Notes: a model not told the origin generated them from the sequence alone. 64,000 nt of DNA from Spirochaetia bacterium (GCA_963675665.1 OY776510.1:3712001-3776000); one strand, 5' to 3'; numbered from the stretch's first letter, positions 49,792-60,201 are shown. Numbers and translations: made by a program.

Positions 49792-49903
49792 GGATCTCCT
49801 GTTTCTTTATAATTCCTTTTTTTACAGGATATTACAAGAGGTATAAATTATGGAAAAAAAGTTGAAATGTTGATATACTAACCGCATAAAGGGAATTTTA
49901 TTT

Positions 49904-52717
49904 TTGAAGATTAAAAGTTTAATTTATTTGATAACAGGTATTTTTATATTTACCATACTCACCTCCTGCCCTTCTCCGCTTGAACCTGAAAAGCTTGCTT
50001 TGCTTAAGGATCTTGAAGCACCCAGGATTGTCATTACATCTCCGGCCGACTACAGCGAATACGCCACAGTTATCGAGCTTGAAGGCTATATTGAAGATAC
50101 ATCTCTTGCAAACCTGCCGGCCGACAGCGGGCTATCCGTTTCATACAGCATTCCCGGAACAAGCATCAACGGGACTGTTGATGTTAGTCTTCCCGACGGT
50201 TCTTTTTCGGGAATCATTAATGTGGCCGCGCTCAGCGGAGAAAAGGTGATTGAATTCAGCACTACTGATATAAACGGAAATTCAGCTTCTGCGTCTGTAA
50301 ATATTCTCAAACCTGAAGGTGGAGATATCTCCGGATTCACAGTCACGCCCGGCAACAGACAGGTAACAATATGCTGGGCCCCTGTTTCCGGCGCAGAGTC
50401 ATATTCGATATTTGAGTCGTCATACGGAGAGACTATAGAACCCGGAGAGATAACCGGAACAAGCTATACCTGGACCGGTCTTGAAAACGGCGAGATATAC
50501 AGCTTTCAGCTTACCGCGCACCTGCCCGTCGGAATCGGTGAAGATGCGTATTCCTCGACGGCTACAACAATGCCGCTTTCTCCCTTTAACCTCACTCCGG
50601 TGATAAAGAATACCGAACATAAAGCAATAACCATTGAATGGCCTGCTAATGATAATATCGACCGGTTCATCGTTGAACGCAGCGGCAGCCATCTCGGTCC
50701 ATGGGAAATAAAAAGGGTACTGACTCAAAATGTATTTACCGACGAAAAAGTTGAATACGATACTAACTACTATTACAGGATTACTCCTTCCGGCTTTACA
50801 GAGATAAACAGCCTCTGCGCCGGGAGCAGCCCCACCAGGTTCTCAGGTGACGATATCATCGCTACTTTGCCGTTGCCGGGCTCAATCACGCCCTTCTCGC
50901 TGCAAATCGATGATAACTATGCCTATATTGCAAACTTCAGAGACGGTTTAGCGATTGCTGATATATCGGACCCATACAATCCGATTATTGTTTCAAGTTA
51001 CGGCGTGGCTTCCACAGTGGAGATACGGGACATTTTCGTGAGAGACCGTATTGCATATCTTGCCGGTTATGACGACGGCCTTCTTCTTGTCGACATATCC
51101 GATATTGACAACCCCGTACTTCTATCCTCATGCAGCACACCCGGCAACGCGTTGGGAGTATATGTTTCCGGCGATTATGCGTATATAGCCGATGATTCTG
51201 AAAGAATATCTATCGTCGACATCTCAACCCCGGCTTCGGTAACAGACAGCTCATTGATATCCGGCTGCAGCACCGACGGGATTGCGGACAAAGTCCTTGT
51301 AAAGAACGGTTACGCCTATGTGGCTGCCGACGGGCTGGAGGTAATTGATGTATCCAATCCTCCGCTTGTAAATGATCTTTCAACAAAGGGAAGCTGGAGC
51401 AGCCTGGACGGAAAAATAAGCAAGGATATATACATCTCCGGTGAATATCTGTATATAGTGCTTCAACCCCCGCCTCCCGGCATTCCCCCGGGTCCGAGTT
51501 CCCTGCATATAATCGATATTTCAGTCCCTGCGAATGTAACGAACTCATCCGGTGTCGGCAGCTGTGAAATCTTAGGAAACGCGGAAGGCGTTACAGTATC
51601 CGGAAATCTCGCATACGTAGCATCATATGACGCCGATTTGCAGGTAATCGATGTATTTAATCCGGCAGCGCCGGTATTGGAAAGGACATACGCCACCTCC
51701 GGCGACCCGTTTGATGTAAAGGTTTCCGGTTATTACGCATATATCGCAGATCGCTACGGCAGCGGCCTCGTTGTATTGGATCTTGCAAAGCCCGGATCAC
51801 CTTCAATTGTTTCCGCTTCTGCGGACATGTACCGGACAAGCGATATAGAAATATTCGACGAATATGCCTATATTGCCGACGGCACTGACGGGTTAAAGAT
51901 TATGGATATATCCGAACCGGAAGAGATCTCACCGGCCTCCAATATTATTGAGTTTTCTCTCCCCGGCGAATGTCTTGAAATTAATATCCGCTATCCCTAT
52001 GCTTTTATAGCGGCACAGGGCTCAGGGCTTGTTGTCGTAAATATTGCTGATCCGCTTCATCCGTCCCTGCTTAGCAGCACTGAAACAACCCAGAATGCTA
52101 AGGATTTATATGTGCTGGGAAATTATGCATATGTTACGGACAGCGGATGCAGTCTTGAAATAATCGACATCACATTTCCGGAAACTCCTTCCATAGTTTC
52201 CACATGCGACACCGACGGGACTGTAAGCGGCATCACCGTATCCGGTGATTACGCATATATTTGCGCCGGAGGAAGCGGGCTTCAAATCATAGATATCTCC
52301 GATCCGCTCAGTCCGTATATTGCCGCATCCTGTACAAGCGCGGGAGGGGCGAGAAAAGCTGAAATCATCGGCAATTACGCCGTTGTCTCTTCAAATAGCG
52401 CAGGATTATATATTATTGATATTTCCGACCCGTCCGGAGTTACAAACACATCTATTGTAGCCAGCCATCCCGTAACAGGTCACGGATACAGCCTTGCAAT
52501 TGCCGGCGATTTTGTCTATGTCGGCGGAGACGAACGTTTCACGGTTGTGGATATAACCGACCCCGAATCTCCCTCAACCTTTTCCGGCTGCGCGCTGCCG
52601 ACACTCGGTATCGGCTACGGAATTGCCGTCGCAGACTCATACGCCTACATTGCAGACATTAATAGCGGACTTCAGATAATAAACCTCTTAGGAGGAATGA
52701 TAAAAAGTCCTCCATGA
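49904..52717 (+). CDS. Lipoprotein with Ig/FN3 domains and LVIVD beta-propeller repeats
   Basis: LTSC lipobox; FN3-like segments; about 14 repeats of YAYIA..GL.IIDIS.P. C-terminal GMIKSPP is encoded by the inserted mini-element. Confidence 0.88.
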   Translation: MKIKSLIYLITGIFIFTILTSCPSPLEPEKLALLKDLEAPRIVITSPADYSEYATVIELEGYIEDTSLANLPADSGLSVSYSIPGTSINGTVDVSLPDGSFSGIINVAALSGEKVIEFSTTDINGNSASASVNILKPEGGDISGFTVTPGNRQVTICWAPVSGAESYSIFESSYGETIEPGEITGTSYTWTGLENGEIYSFQLTAHLPVGIGEDAYSSTATTMPLSPFNLTPVIKNTEHKAITIEWPANDNIDRFIVERSGSHLGPWEIKRVLTQNVFTDEKVEYDTNYYYRITPSGFTEINSLCAGSSPTRFSGDDIIATLPLPGSITPFSLQIDDNYAYIANFRDGLAIADISDPYNPIIVSSYGVASTVEIRDIFVRDRIAYLAGYDDGLLLVDISDIDNPVLLSSCSTPGNALGVYVSGDYAYIADDSERISIVDISTPASVTDSSLISGCSTDGIADKVLVKNGYAYVAADGLEVIDVSNPPLVNDLSTKGSWSSLDGKISKDIYISGEYLYIVLQPPPPGIPPGPSSLHIIDISVPANVTNSSGVGSCEILGNAEGVTVSGNLAYVASYDADLQVIDVFNPAAPVLERTYATSGDPFDVKVSGYYAYIADRYGSGLVVLDLAKPGSPSIVSASADMYRTSDIEIFDEYAYIADGTDGLKIMDISEPEEISPASNIIEFSLPGECLEINIRYPYAFIAAQGSGLVVVNIADPLHPSLLSSTETTQNAKDLYVLGNYAYVTDSGCSLEIIDITFPETPSIVSTCDTDGTVSGITVSGDYAYICAGGSGLQIIDISDPLSPYIAASCTSAGGARKAEIIGNYAVVSSNSAGLYIIDISDPSGVTNTSIVASHPVTGHGYSLAIAGDFVYVGGDERFTVVDITDPESPSTFSGCALPTLGIGYGIAVADSYAYIADINSGLQIINLLGGMIKSPP

Positions 52718-52802
52718 CTTTTTATCATTTTGAAGTTTACAAACTTTGTTTGAAAACTTCACTATTCATTACCTGCATCCATGCAGGAATTTCTTATAGG
52801 AG
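52695..52802 (+). mobile_element. 108-bp mini-element with IS110-like ends; three-hairpin element copy C
   Basis: Begins GAATGATAAAAAGTC (identical to the IS left end) after TTAGGAG and ends AATTTCTTATAGGAG (12/15 match to the IS right end). Confidence 0.65.
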
Positions 52803-52827
52803 GAATGATAAAAAGTCTTCATGAGCT

Positions 52828-52980
52828 GGTGAATTGATATACTGCCTTAACTTTAATTGAGGCAGTAAGGTTACTGTTCGACATTTTTACTGGTCCGCGA
52901 GACCGTTTAGGAGATTGAAGAGCCGTAACCGAAACATTCAATGGTCTGCGAGACCGGATAGGAGAATGGAACAATTCACC
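52828..52980 (+). ncRNA. Predicted bridge RNA (IS110 copy 1)
   Basis: Closing stem GGTGAATTG/CAATTCACC, 5' hairpin ACTGCC/GGCAGT, and two homologous loops each capped by GGTC-N-GCGA-GACC and followed by TAGGAG. Confidence 0.8.
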
Positions 52981-53015
52981 GTATAGGCACTGCTTCAAAC
53001 TATTGGAGATAGAAC

Positions 53016-54128
53016 ATGAAGATGAGTATTGGCGTGGATCTTCACAAAACGCAGTTTACAGTATGCCTTTTAAGTGAAGACCGAAAAATTGATCAATTGG
53101 GAATGTATCCGACCAGCGGAAATGGTTATGGAGCATTTCTGAAAATGCTGGATGAATATTGTGAAGAGGAATATGAGTTGAGAGCAGCGGTGGAAACAAC
53201 CGGGAATGCCCGTTATTTCCGCAATAAACTGTTAAAGGCTGGAGTCGAAGTGGTTGTAGTGAATACTTTGAAATTCAAGGTAGTGAATGAATCTGTAAAA
53301 AAGACAGACAAACATGATGCACGCACCCTGGCGGAGTTTCTTGAGAAAGACATGCTGCCTGAATCGATATTATGTTCCCAAGAGAGTGAGGATATTCGAA
53401 GGGTGCTGAAATCCAGGTCGATACTGGTAAAATCTGTTGTGTCGTTAAAGAACCAGGTGCATGGCTTATTACTTGGTTATGGAATAGAGACCAAACGCGG
53501 ACAGCTGCAGAGTAAAAAAGAAAGGCAGCGAATCCTGAACGGTCTCGAGGACCACGACTTTTACGGAAGCGCTGCCAAAACGGTAATACCGTTACTGGAT
53601 ATGATAGATAATCAGGCATCGCAAGTCAAGCAGCTTGAAAAGGTTTTGGCTGAGCTTGTGGAGGACGATGAAGATGTTGAGCTTCTGCAGACAATACCAG
53701 GCGTGGGTCTAATAACAGCAGCAACAGTAAGAGCCTATACAGACGATATCGGCAGATATGATAGTGCGAAGAAATATGCAGCAAACGCCGGGCTTGTGCC
53801 ATGGGTGCAGAACTCAAATATGACAATACATCATGGACATATAACAAAGCGTGGGCCTGTAGAACTGAGGACAGCCTTCGTACAGATGGTGATGGGAATG
53901 GTTCGTATGCAAAAGAAGACCGGGACGTACCGAATAATGACGAAGTATGCAGCGATGAAGAAGCAGAAAGGCTCGGGTAAGAGTGTAATAGCTGCCGCCC
54001 GCAAGATGAGCACTTTGGTATATACAATTTTAAAAACCAGAGAGCCGTTTGATCCGATGAAAATGGCTTTTAGAAAAGAATACAGGGAAATGCAGGCAGC
54101 AGCATGGGAAGCTGTAATGGTCGGTTGA
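53016..54128 (+). CDS. IS110-family DEDD recombinase/transposase
   Basis: IGVDLHK, VETTG, KTDKHDA, IPGVG, AGLVPWVQNS, HITKRG. Confidence 0.96.
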   Translation: MKMSIGVDLHKTQFTVCLLSEDRKIDQLGMYPTSGNGYGAFLKMLDEYCEEEYELRAAVETTGNARYFRNKLLKAGVEVVVVNTLKFKVVNESVKKTDKHDARTLAEFLEKDMLPESILCSQESEDIRRVLKSRSILVKSVVSLKNQVHGLLLGYGIETKRGQLQSKKERQRILNGLEDHDFYGSAAKTVIPLLDMIDNQASQVKQLEKVLAELVEDDEDVELLQTIPGVGLITAATVRAYTDDIGRYDSAKKYAANAGLVPWVQNSNMTIHHGHITKRGPVELRTAFVQMVMGMVRMQKKTGTYRIMTKYAAMKKQKGSGKSVIAAARKMSTLVYTILKTREPFDPMKMAFRKEYREMQAAAWEAVMVG

Positions 54129-54191
54129 TATCCGACTAGATCATAAGCTTATATTTTTAGCTTGTGGTTGACTTTTTATAGGAGAATAAAT

Positions 54192-56381
54192 ATGAAAAAA
54201 GGATTTCAAACAATAAAAACAATACTTTTTGCGGGACTCATCCTGCTACTGACTACCCTGCTTCCCCTCACTGCATTCTCCCAAAGCGGGGAAGTCGATT
54301 TAAACGAATATTACGCCTACCCGGTTTCCGCCGGGGCTTATTATCATCAGCTTTCGGGGCTGGGCAACAAAGCCCTTGCCGACTTCAGCATAAATGAGAT
54401 TTCCAGCGAAGCGCGCGTGCCGATTCCCGGTATTCCCGTACTGCAGCCGCTTGTCAGGGCCGGATACCTTAGCTACGGTTTTACCGGCAGCGTTGAAGAA
54501 CTGCACCAGGACTGGACACATTTTCATGTCTTCGGCGGGCCGGGCGTTGCCTACTGTTCCCGTATATCACGCGAATTCGAAATCGGCGCTGATCTTTTCG
54601 GGGCGCTGACACAGTCATATTTTACGGAACTGGTTTTCAACGGCGTCCAGGAAACACAGGGGCAATTGAATATACTGGCAGGACTGTCGGGGCGTCTTGC
54701 CTTGAATCCGTCCTATAATTTTTCCATATCGGTTAACCCGGCGCTGAATTACCTGTACGGGCTCGGCCCGCTGCATGATTACGACGGATTTACGTTCGGG
54801 GTCGGCTTTTCGGGTACATACCGCTTCGGACAGGACCCCGACGCGGCGCAGTCTTCAATAAAGGCGATACGTTTCGACGATGTTGATCTGCCTCCGCTGT
54901 TTGCCGCGATGCAGAGTTACTATGTAAAAAACCCGGCGGGAACGCTGACAATTTCCAACAAGGAAAAATACACGCTTGAAGGCGTCTCCCTGTCATTTAT
55001 GCAGCCGGGATTCATGGATTCGCCGAGCCCTATGGCGTCGGATATTGTTCTTGAGCCGGGCGAGAGTATAGAGGTCCCCATCACCCTGACTTTTAATAAC
55101 GAGGTTTTTTCAACCCAGGGGGTCACCCCGCTTACAGGCGAAATAATCGCAGGTTATACCGTACGCGGGCGCGAGGTTGAGCAGAGACAGTCGGTTACCT
55201 ACGATCTGCATGATCGCAACGCCCTTACGTGGGACGACGACCGGAAGGCCGCCGCATTTATTACAGCCCAGGACAGCGCCGTCCGCAACTATTCAAGCTA
55301 TATCCGCCAGATTCACCGCGACGCGGTCAGACCTTATATCAGCAGCAACCTTCAGTTTGCCATGCAGGTATTCAACGCCCTCGGCGAACTGGGCATTCTG
55401 TACCAGATTGATCCGACCGCTCCGTTTACCGAGGTCCAGGGCGACACCTTCGTCGTCGACTCAATCAGCCTGCCCCGCGAAACGCTAAAACGGCTGACCG
55501 GCGACTGCGACGATCTTACAGTACTTTTCTGCACAATGCTTGAATCAATCGGCATCGAATCCGCGCTGGTTACCGTTCCGGGACATATCTTCTGCGCTTT
55601 CAACACCGATGTTGAGTCTTCGGACTACATGATGATAAACCCCGACCGCAACCAGATAATCGAAGTTGACGGCAACATCTGGATACCGGTTGAAATTACA
55701 ATGATAGGAAAACACAGCTTTACGGAAGCCTGGAACAAGGGATACTCGGAATTCGCGGAATGGGACGCCGAACCCGACCGCAGGGGTTTTTATAAAACCG
55801 GCGATGCACAGGGCATATTCCGGCCTGTAGTCCTGCGCGAAACCGATCTTGGGCTTCAGTACGGAGACGATGAGGCGGTTGTTTCGGCATTTGAAAAGGA
55901 CCTTGATTCCCTGTCGCAGTCAATCTTAAAACCTGCCAAAGCCGACGCTGAGGCAAAAGGCACCCCGAAAGCCTGGAATTCCTACGGGGTAGCCGCGGCA
56001 AAACTCGGCGCGTACGGCACTGCGGAAACCGCCTTTGACAAGGCCGTAAAATCAAAACCCGATTACACAAGCGCCAAGCTGAACCTCGGCTCACTGTATT
56101 ACATAATGGAAAAATATTCAGATGCGTTTAAAGTTTACCAGAATATCGAACAGAATGCCGCAAACCTGAATATTTCCGACCGTACCATGTTCAATCTTTA
56201 CCTTAACATGAGCAAAACAAGCTATGCTCTTGAGAAAAATGACGAGGCTGATTCCTATTTCCGCAAAGCCACTCAGCTTGACGCTGATAAAGCCGCCGAT
56301 TTCGCCTACCTCGGCACAGGCGGTACAGGTGTCGCAAGAGCTGCCGAGGCTGCTGACAGTAAGATATCGTTTTTTGAATAG
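54192..56381 (+). CDS. Exported protein with transglutaminase-like and TPR domains
   Basis: Signal peptide; GDCDD, VPGHIF, WIPVEIT; C-terminal TPR helices. Confidence 0.8.
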   Translation: MKKGFQTIKTILFAGLILLLTTLLPLTAFSQSGEVDLNEYYAYPVSAGAYYHQLSGLGNKALADFSINEISSEARVPIPGIPVLQPLVRAGYLSYGFTGSVEELHQDWTHFHVFGGPGVAYCSRISREFEIGADLFGALTQSYFTELVFNGVQETQGQLNILAGLSGRLALNPSYNFSISVNPALNYLYGLGPLHDYDGFTFGVGFSGTYRFGQDPDAAQSSIKAIRFDDVDLPPLFAAMQSYYVKNPAGTLTISNKEKYTLEGVSLSFMQPGFMDSPSPMASDIVLEPGESIEVPITLTFNNEVFSTQGVTPLTGEIIAGYTVRGREVEQRQSVTYDLHDRNALTWDDDRKAAAFITAQDSAVRNYSSYIRQIHRDAVRPYISSNLQFAMQVFNALGELGILYQIDPTAPFTEVQGDTFVVDSISLPRETLKRLTGDCDDLTVLFCTMLESIGIESALVTVPGHIFCAFNTDVESSDYMMINPDRNQIIEVDGNIWIPVEITMIGKHSFTEAWNKGYSEFAEWDAEPDRRGFYKTGDAQGIFRPVVLRETDLGLQYGDDEAVVSAFEKDLDSLSQSILKPAKADAEAKGTPKAWNSYGVAAAKLGAYGTAETAFDKAVKSKPDYTSAKLNLGSLYYIMEKYSDAFKVYQNIEQNAANLNISDRTMFNLYLNMSKTSYALEKNDEADSYFRKATQLDADKAADFAYLGTGGTGVARAAEAADSKISFFE

Positions 56382-56618
56382 AACATTATGAAGCATCTCT
56401 GAGAGGACTATATTGAATATTCAACGTTGCCGCTTCCTGAAGTCTTTACATATTGTCAAACTATGGAAGGAATAGTCTCATAACGCAGGAACAGGTTTTA
56501 CGACCGATCGGTCTTTTTTTGTATGTATACTCAATCCTCTTTAATATTTATAAAACCATTTGCGTTTTTTTTAATTTTCGGATATTCTACTATAATCTGT
56601 TTTTATAAGGAGAAACGC

Positions 56619-57650
56619 ATGAAAAAACTTTTTATCGTTGCGGCAGCCCTGCTTGTTCTTTTTTCGGGCTGTTCAAAAGACGACGGAGGCTCCGACGCAG
56701 CAGCCAAAACCCCTGAAAAAAAGAAAACATACGAATTCAATTATGCCGTCTTTTTCCCGGCAACCCATCTTCAGGCACAGACAGCCGAAGCCTGGGCAAA
56801 GGAAGTTGAAAAGAGGACTGACGGTCAGATTAAAATAACCATGTTCCATGGCGGGACACTATCACAGGCAGCCCAGACCTATGAAGCTGTAGAATCAGGT
56901 ATTGCGGACATCGGCATGAGTGTTTTTGCATATACCCGCGGCCGCTTCCCGCTGCTTGAAGGTCTTGATCTGCCGCTCGGCTATCCAGATGGAGTAACTG
57001 CAACAAAAGTTGCCAACGATATGGTAAAAAAATACCAGCCTGAAGAATTATCCGGAGTACATGTCCTTTATCTGCACGCTCACGGCCCCGGAATTCTTGC
57101 AAGCAAAAAAGAGGTAAAAAGTGCATCGGATCTTGCAGGAATGCAGATCAGGGGTACAGGACTCTCTGCCAAAATTGTAGAGGCGCTCGGAGCAACACCT
57201 ATTTCAATGAGCCAGGGTGACACGTATGAAGCACTTCAGAAAGGCGTTGTAGACGCCACTTTCTGCCCTATCGAAACACTAAAAGGCTGGAAACAGGGCG
57301 AAGTTATTGATTATGTCGTAGATACAAAATCGATTGGATACACAACAGCAATGTTTGCGGTAATGAACAAGGACAAATGGGAATCACTTCCTGAAGATCT
57401 GCAGAAAATTGTTACGGAAGTCAGCGAGGAATGGATATTAAAACAGGGCGAGGCCTGGGATGAAGCTGATAACGCCGGAGAGTCTTTTGTCAAGGATCTC
57501 GGAAAAACCTTCATTGATCTGCCCGCTTCCGAGAAGGCTGCTCTTGTAGATGCAATGGCCCCGATCTATCAAGCCTATATTGACGCAACCAGTGAACAGG
57601 GCCTTCCCGGAGATGAATTTCTTGCAGATATTCAGGCTATGCTCAAATAG
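56619..57650 (+). CDS. dctP: TRAP transporter substrate-binding lipoprotein
   Basis: FSGC lipobox, [37 protein letters not shown]. Confidence 0.93.
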   Translation: MKKLFIVAAALLVLFSGCSKDDGGSDAAAKTPEKKKTYEFNYAVFFPATHLQAQTAEAWAKEVEKRTDGQIKITMFHGGTLSQAAQTYEAVESGIADIGMSVFAYTRGRFPLLEGLDLPLGYPDGVTATKVANDMVKKYQPEELSGVHVLYLHAHGPGILASKKEVKSASDLAGMQIRGTGLSAKIVEALGATPISMSQGDTYEALQKGVVDATFCPIETLKGWKQGEVIDYVVDTKSIGYTTAMFAVMNKDKWESLPEDLQKIVTEVSEEWILKQGEAWDEADNAGESFVKDLGKTFIDLPASEKAALVDAMAPIYQAYIDATSEQGLPGDEFLADIQAMLK

Positions 57651-57665
57651 CAGAACTTTCGTTAA

Positions 57666-58148
57666 ATGAAATTCTTTTCTTTCATCAAGCGAATTATAAT
57701 TATATTCGCATACATATCAGGAGCCGCAGGACTTTTAATGATGGGCATTACGGTAGTTGATGTTTTTCTGCGGCTCTTTAATACCGGTATTACCGGAGCA
57801 TATGATCTTGTTCGGGCCTGCGGCGCGCTCTCAGTCGCTTGCGGCCTGCCTTACCTGACGGCAGTTAAAGGCCATATAGCTATTGAGTTTTTCTACCATA
57901 AAAGCGGTCGTACCGGAAGATTTTTAATGGACACTATAATACGAACCTCATCGCTTCTGATTTTCGGTTTATTATCTTTTTACACTTTCAGACACGGTAT
58001 TGCCCTTTTTGACAAAGGAGAAGTTTTCCCGAACCTGGGCCTTCCCGTATTCTGGATTCCGATTGTTATAAGCTTCAACAGCGCTTTGATGATTATCGTC
58101 TTTCTTTATCACATGATACATCCGGGAAAGGAGTATATAAAACCATGA
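57666..58148 (+). CDS. dctQ: TRAP transporter small permease
   Basis: VVDVFLR, GHIAIE, 4 TM. Confidence 0.9.
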   Translation: MKFFSFIKRIIIIFAYISGAAGLLMMGITVVDVFLRLFNTGITGAYDLVRACGALSVACGLPYLTAVKGHIAIEFFYHKSGRTGRFLMDTIIRTSSLLIFGLLSFYTFRHGIALFDKGEVFPNLGLPVFWIPIVISFNSALMIIVFLYHMIHPGKEYIKP

Positions 58149-59446
58149 CCCCGATTCAGATTGGTATTATAGGATGCCTTATTCTTTTTGCATTGCTGAT
58201 CACCTCCATGCCTGTTGCCTTCGCAATGATTGCTTCCGGAGTTATCGGTTTTGCCCTGATTGTCAATCCCGGTGCAGCTTTCAGTATGGTAATTGCTGAT
58301 CTTTATGAGACATTCTCCTCTTACAGCCTTTCGGTAATTCCCCTGTTTGTCATGATGGGCCAGATTGCACTGCATGCCGGAATCAGTAAACGGCTTTTCC
58401 GGACTACTTACGTTTGGGCCGGACATCTTAAAGGCGGCCTTGCCATGGCCACTGTATGGGCATGTGCCGGATTCGGCGCAATATGCGGATCAGGACCTGC
58501 AACAGCCGCTACAATGGCTTCGGTTGCGTTGCCGGAGATGAAACGCTATAACTATGCCGACAAGCTTGCATCAGGGACTGTCGCCGCCGGCGGTTCGCTT
58601 GGAATGCTTATTCCTCCATCGGTAGTATTCATTGTCTACGCATTAATGACCGAACAATCAATTGGTTCTCTTTTTCTTGCGGGAATTATTCCGGGAATTA
58701 TGATTGCCGGCTTATTCTGCGTTTCCATATGGTTTCAATGCAGCAGAAATAATGCCCTCGGTCCCGCCTGTGAAAAACACAGCTGGAAAGAGAGATTTCA
58801 ATCGTTGAACGGCGTAATTGAAACGGTCGTACTTTTTGTTCTGGTTATGGGCGGAATGTTTCTTGGACTTTTTACTCCGATCGAAGCGGCTGCAATCGGC
58901 GCAGCCGGAAGTTTTGTTATAGCTTTAATACAAAAAGAAATGAACATGCATAAACTGAAACAGATTTTGCTGGAAACAGTGCGTACCTCCTGCATGGTCT
59001 TTTTTATTGTTGCAGGCGCGACAATATTCGGCCGTTTTCTTGCTGTTTCACGTATACCGTTTGCCCTTGCACAGTTTTTTATATCACTGCCGCTTCCGGG
59101 ATGGTCAATTATGCTTTTAATAATTTTATTTTTCCTGGTTGCCGGATGTTTTATAGACGCGCTGGCGCTTATCCTGCTTACAATCCCCATATTCTATCCG
59201 GTTATAATTGAATTGGGATACGATCCGATATGGTTCGGTGTAATTGCAGTAGTTATCACCCAGATGGGGGTAATAACACCGCCGGTCGGAGTCAATGTTT
59301 ATGTAGTCAGCGGCATGGAAAGGGATATTCCGCTAACAGAGATTTTCAAAGGTGCAATGCCGTATCTGCTGATGCTTGTGCTTTCGGCAATTATACTTAT
59401 AGCGTTTCCGCAGATTTGCCTTTTTCTGCCGGGGTTATTAAAGTAA
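58145..59446 (+). CDS. dctM: TRAP transporter large permease
   Basis: IPLFV, GSLGMLIPPS, GIIPG, TPPVG. Confidence 0.95.
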   Translation: MTPIQIGIIGCLILFALLITSMPVAFAMIASGVIGFALIVNPGAAFSMVIADLYETFSSYSLSVIPLFVMMGQIALHAGISKRLFRTTYVWAGHLKGGLAMATVWACAGFGAICGSGPATAATMASVALPEMKRYNYADKLASGTVAAGGSLGMLIPPSVVFIVYALMTEQSIGSLFLAGIIPGIMIAGLFCVSIWFQCSRNNALGPACEKHSWKERFQSLNGVIETVVLFVLVMGGMFLGLFTPIEAAAIGAAGSFVIALIQKEMNMHKLKQILLETVRTSCMVFFIVAGATIFGRFLAVSRIPFALAQFFISLPLPGWSIMLLIILFFLVAGCFIDALALILLTIPIFYPVIIELGYDPIWFGVIAVVITQMGVITPPVGVNVYVVSGMERDIPLTEIFKGAMPYLLMLVLSAIILIAFPQICLFLPGLLK

Positions 59447-59457
59447 GGGAGGCTGTT

Positions 59458-59919
59458 ATGCCGCATAGAAATATTTTTAAAAAGATACTTTTCTGTACCG
59501 ATTTCAACACGGATGCAATGACGGCGTTCCACTATACTCTGAATATCGCCGAAGGGAATACCGATAGCGAGATTATAATTTTTCATGCAATTCCGGAACC
59601 GGACGCCCAGTTCTGGAAATCCTATATTTACGAAGTAGATAATGTCGATGAAAAGGCAAAGGCGGATATCGACAAGAAAATTCAGGAAGTATATCTGCCA
59701 AAGATTCCCGAAGGAATAAGCTTTTCATCGCATTTTGCAGTAGGCAATGTTGGTGAGGAAATTCTCAAGCATTCGGTTGAGATAGATGCTGATCTTATAG
59801 TTATAGGCCGCGGAGCCGGAGCCAATATGGTCAACCGGCTGCTTGGCAATTTTACTGAAAAAGTTATCAGGAAATCACACTGCCCCGTTCTCGTTGTCCC
59901 GGACGAAACAGAAGATTGA
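59458..59919 (+). CDS. Universal stress protein (TRAP-associated, TeaD-like position)
   Basis: KILFCTDF, DLIVIGRG, LLGN..EKVIRKSHCPVLVV; GGAGG RBS. Confidence 0.9.
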   Translation: MPHRNIFKKILFCTDFNTDAMTAFHYTLNIAEGNTDSEIIIFHAIPEPDAQFWKSYIYEVDNVDEKAKADIDKKIQEVYLPKIPEGISFSSHFAVGNVGEEILKHSVEIDADLIVIGRGAGANMVNRLLGNFTEKVIRKSHCPVLVVPDETED

Positions 59920-59935
59920 TACCCCCTATACAATT

Positions 59936-60085
59936 TCAGTTCCTGCATCCTTTTTTAATATAATCTTTCAATATCATCCTTATAAGAAGACTGAGGTTTC
60001 CTTCGTATTTTTCTTCTGCTTCCTTTTTAAGCGGTGCCCGCATTTCAGGATCAATCCTGACTGATGCATGTAAAGATTTTCTCAT
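59936..60085 (-). CDS. Small ribbon-helix-helix (CopG-like) DNA-binding protein
   Basis: AGGAG RBS; 49 aa with ASVRID strand then two helices (NLSLLIRMILKDY). Confidence 0.65.
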   Translation of the reverse strand: MRKSLHASVRIDPEMRAPLKKEAEEKYEGNLSLLIRMILKDYIKKGCRN

Positions 60086-60201
60086 TTTGTACTCCTGTTT
60101 TTTATAAATGTTTTCAATATATTTCTTCAATGTCGGACTTTGGTCCACATTTTATTATCGGTAATATTCTAACACATTACTTTCCATACAGAAAGATATA
60201 T

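Larger units (their letters stand above)
52803..54184 (+). mobile_element. IS110-family insertion sequence, copy 1 (1382 bp)
   Basis: Flanked by TTATAGGAG at 52794-802 and 54176-184; sub-terminal IR ATAAAAAGTC/GACTTTTTAT; second copy at 61859-63240. Confidence 0.95.

Noticed and set aside
50900-52690. DNA-level repeat array or diversity-generating target in the LVIVD gene
   Set aside because: Repeats are degenerate protein-level propeller blades; no near-identical template repeat or reverse transcriptase was seen.
52794-52802. 9-bp target-site duplication by a DDE transposase
   Set aside because: The same TTATAGGAG flanks both copies and the enzyme is DEDD/IS110 type, so it is better explained as shared target/donor core sequence.
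56502-56520. GACCGATCGGTC palindrome plus T run as TetR operator or terminator
   Set aside because: Single short occurrence; the two interpretations cannot be told apart and no TetR gene is nearby.
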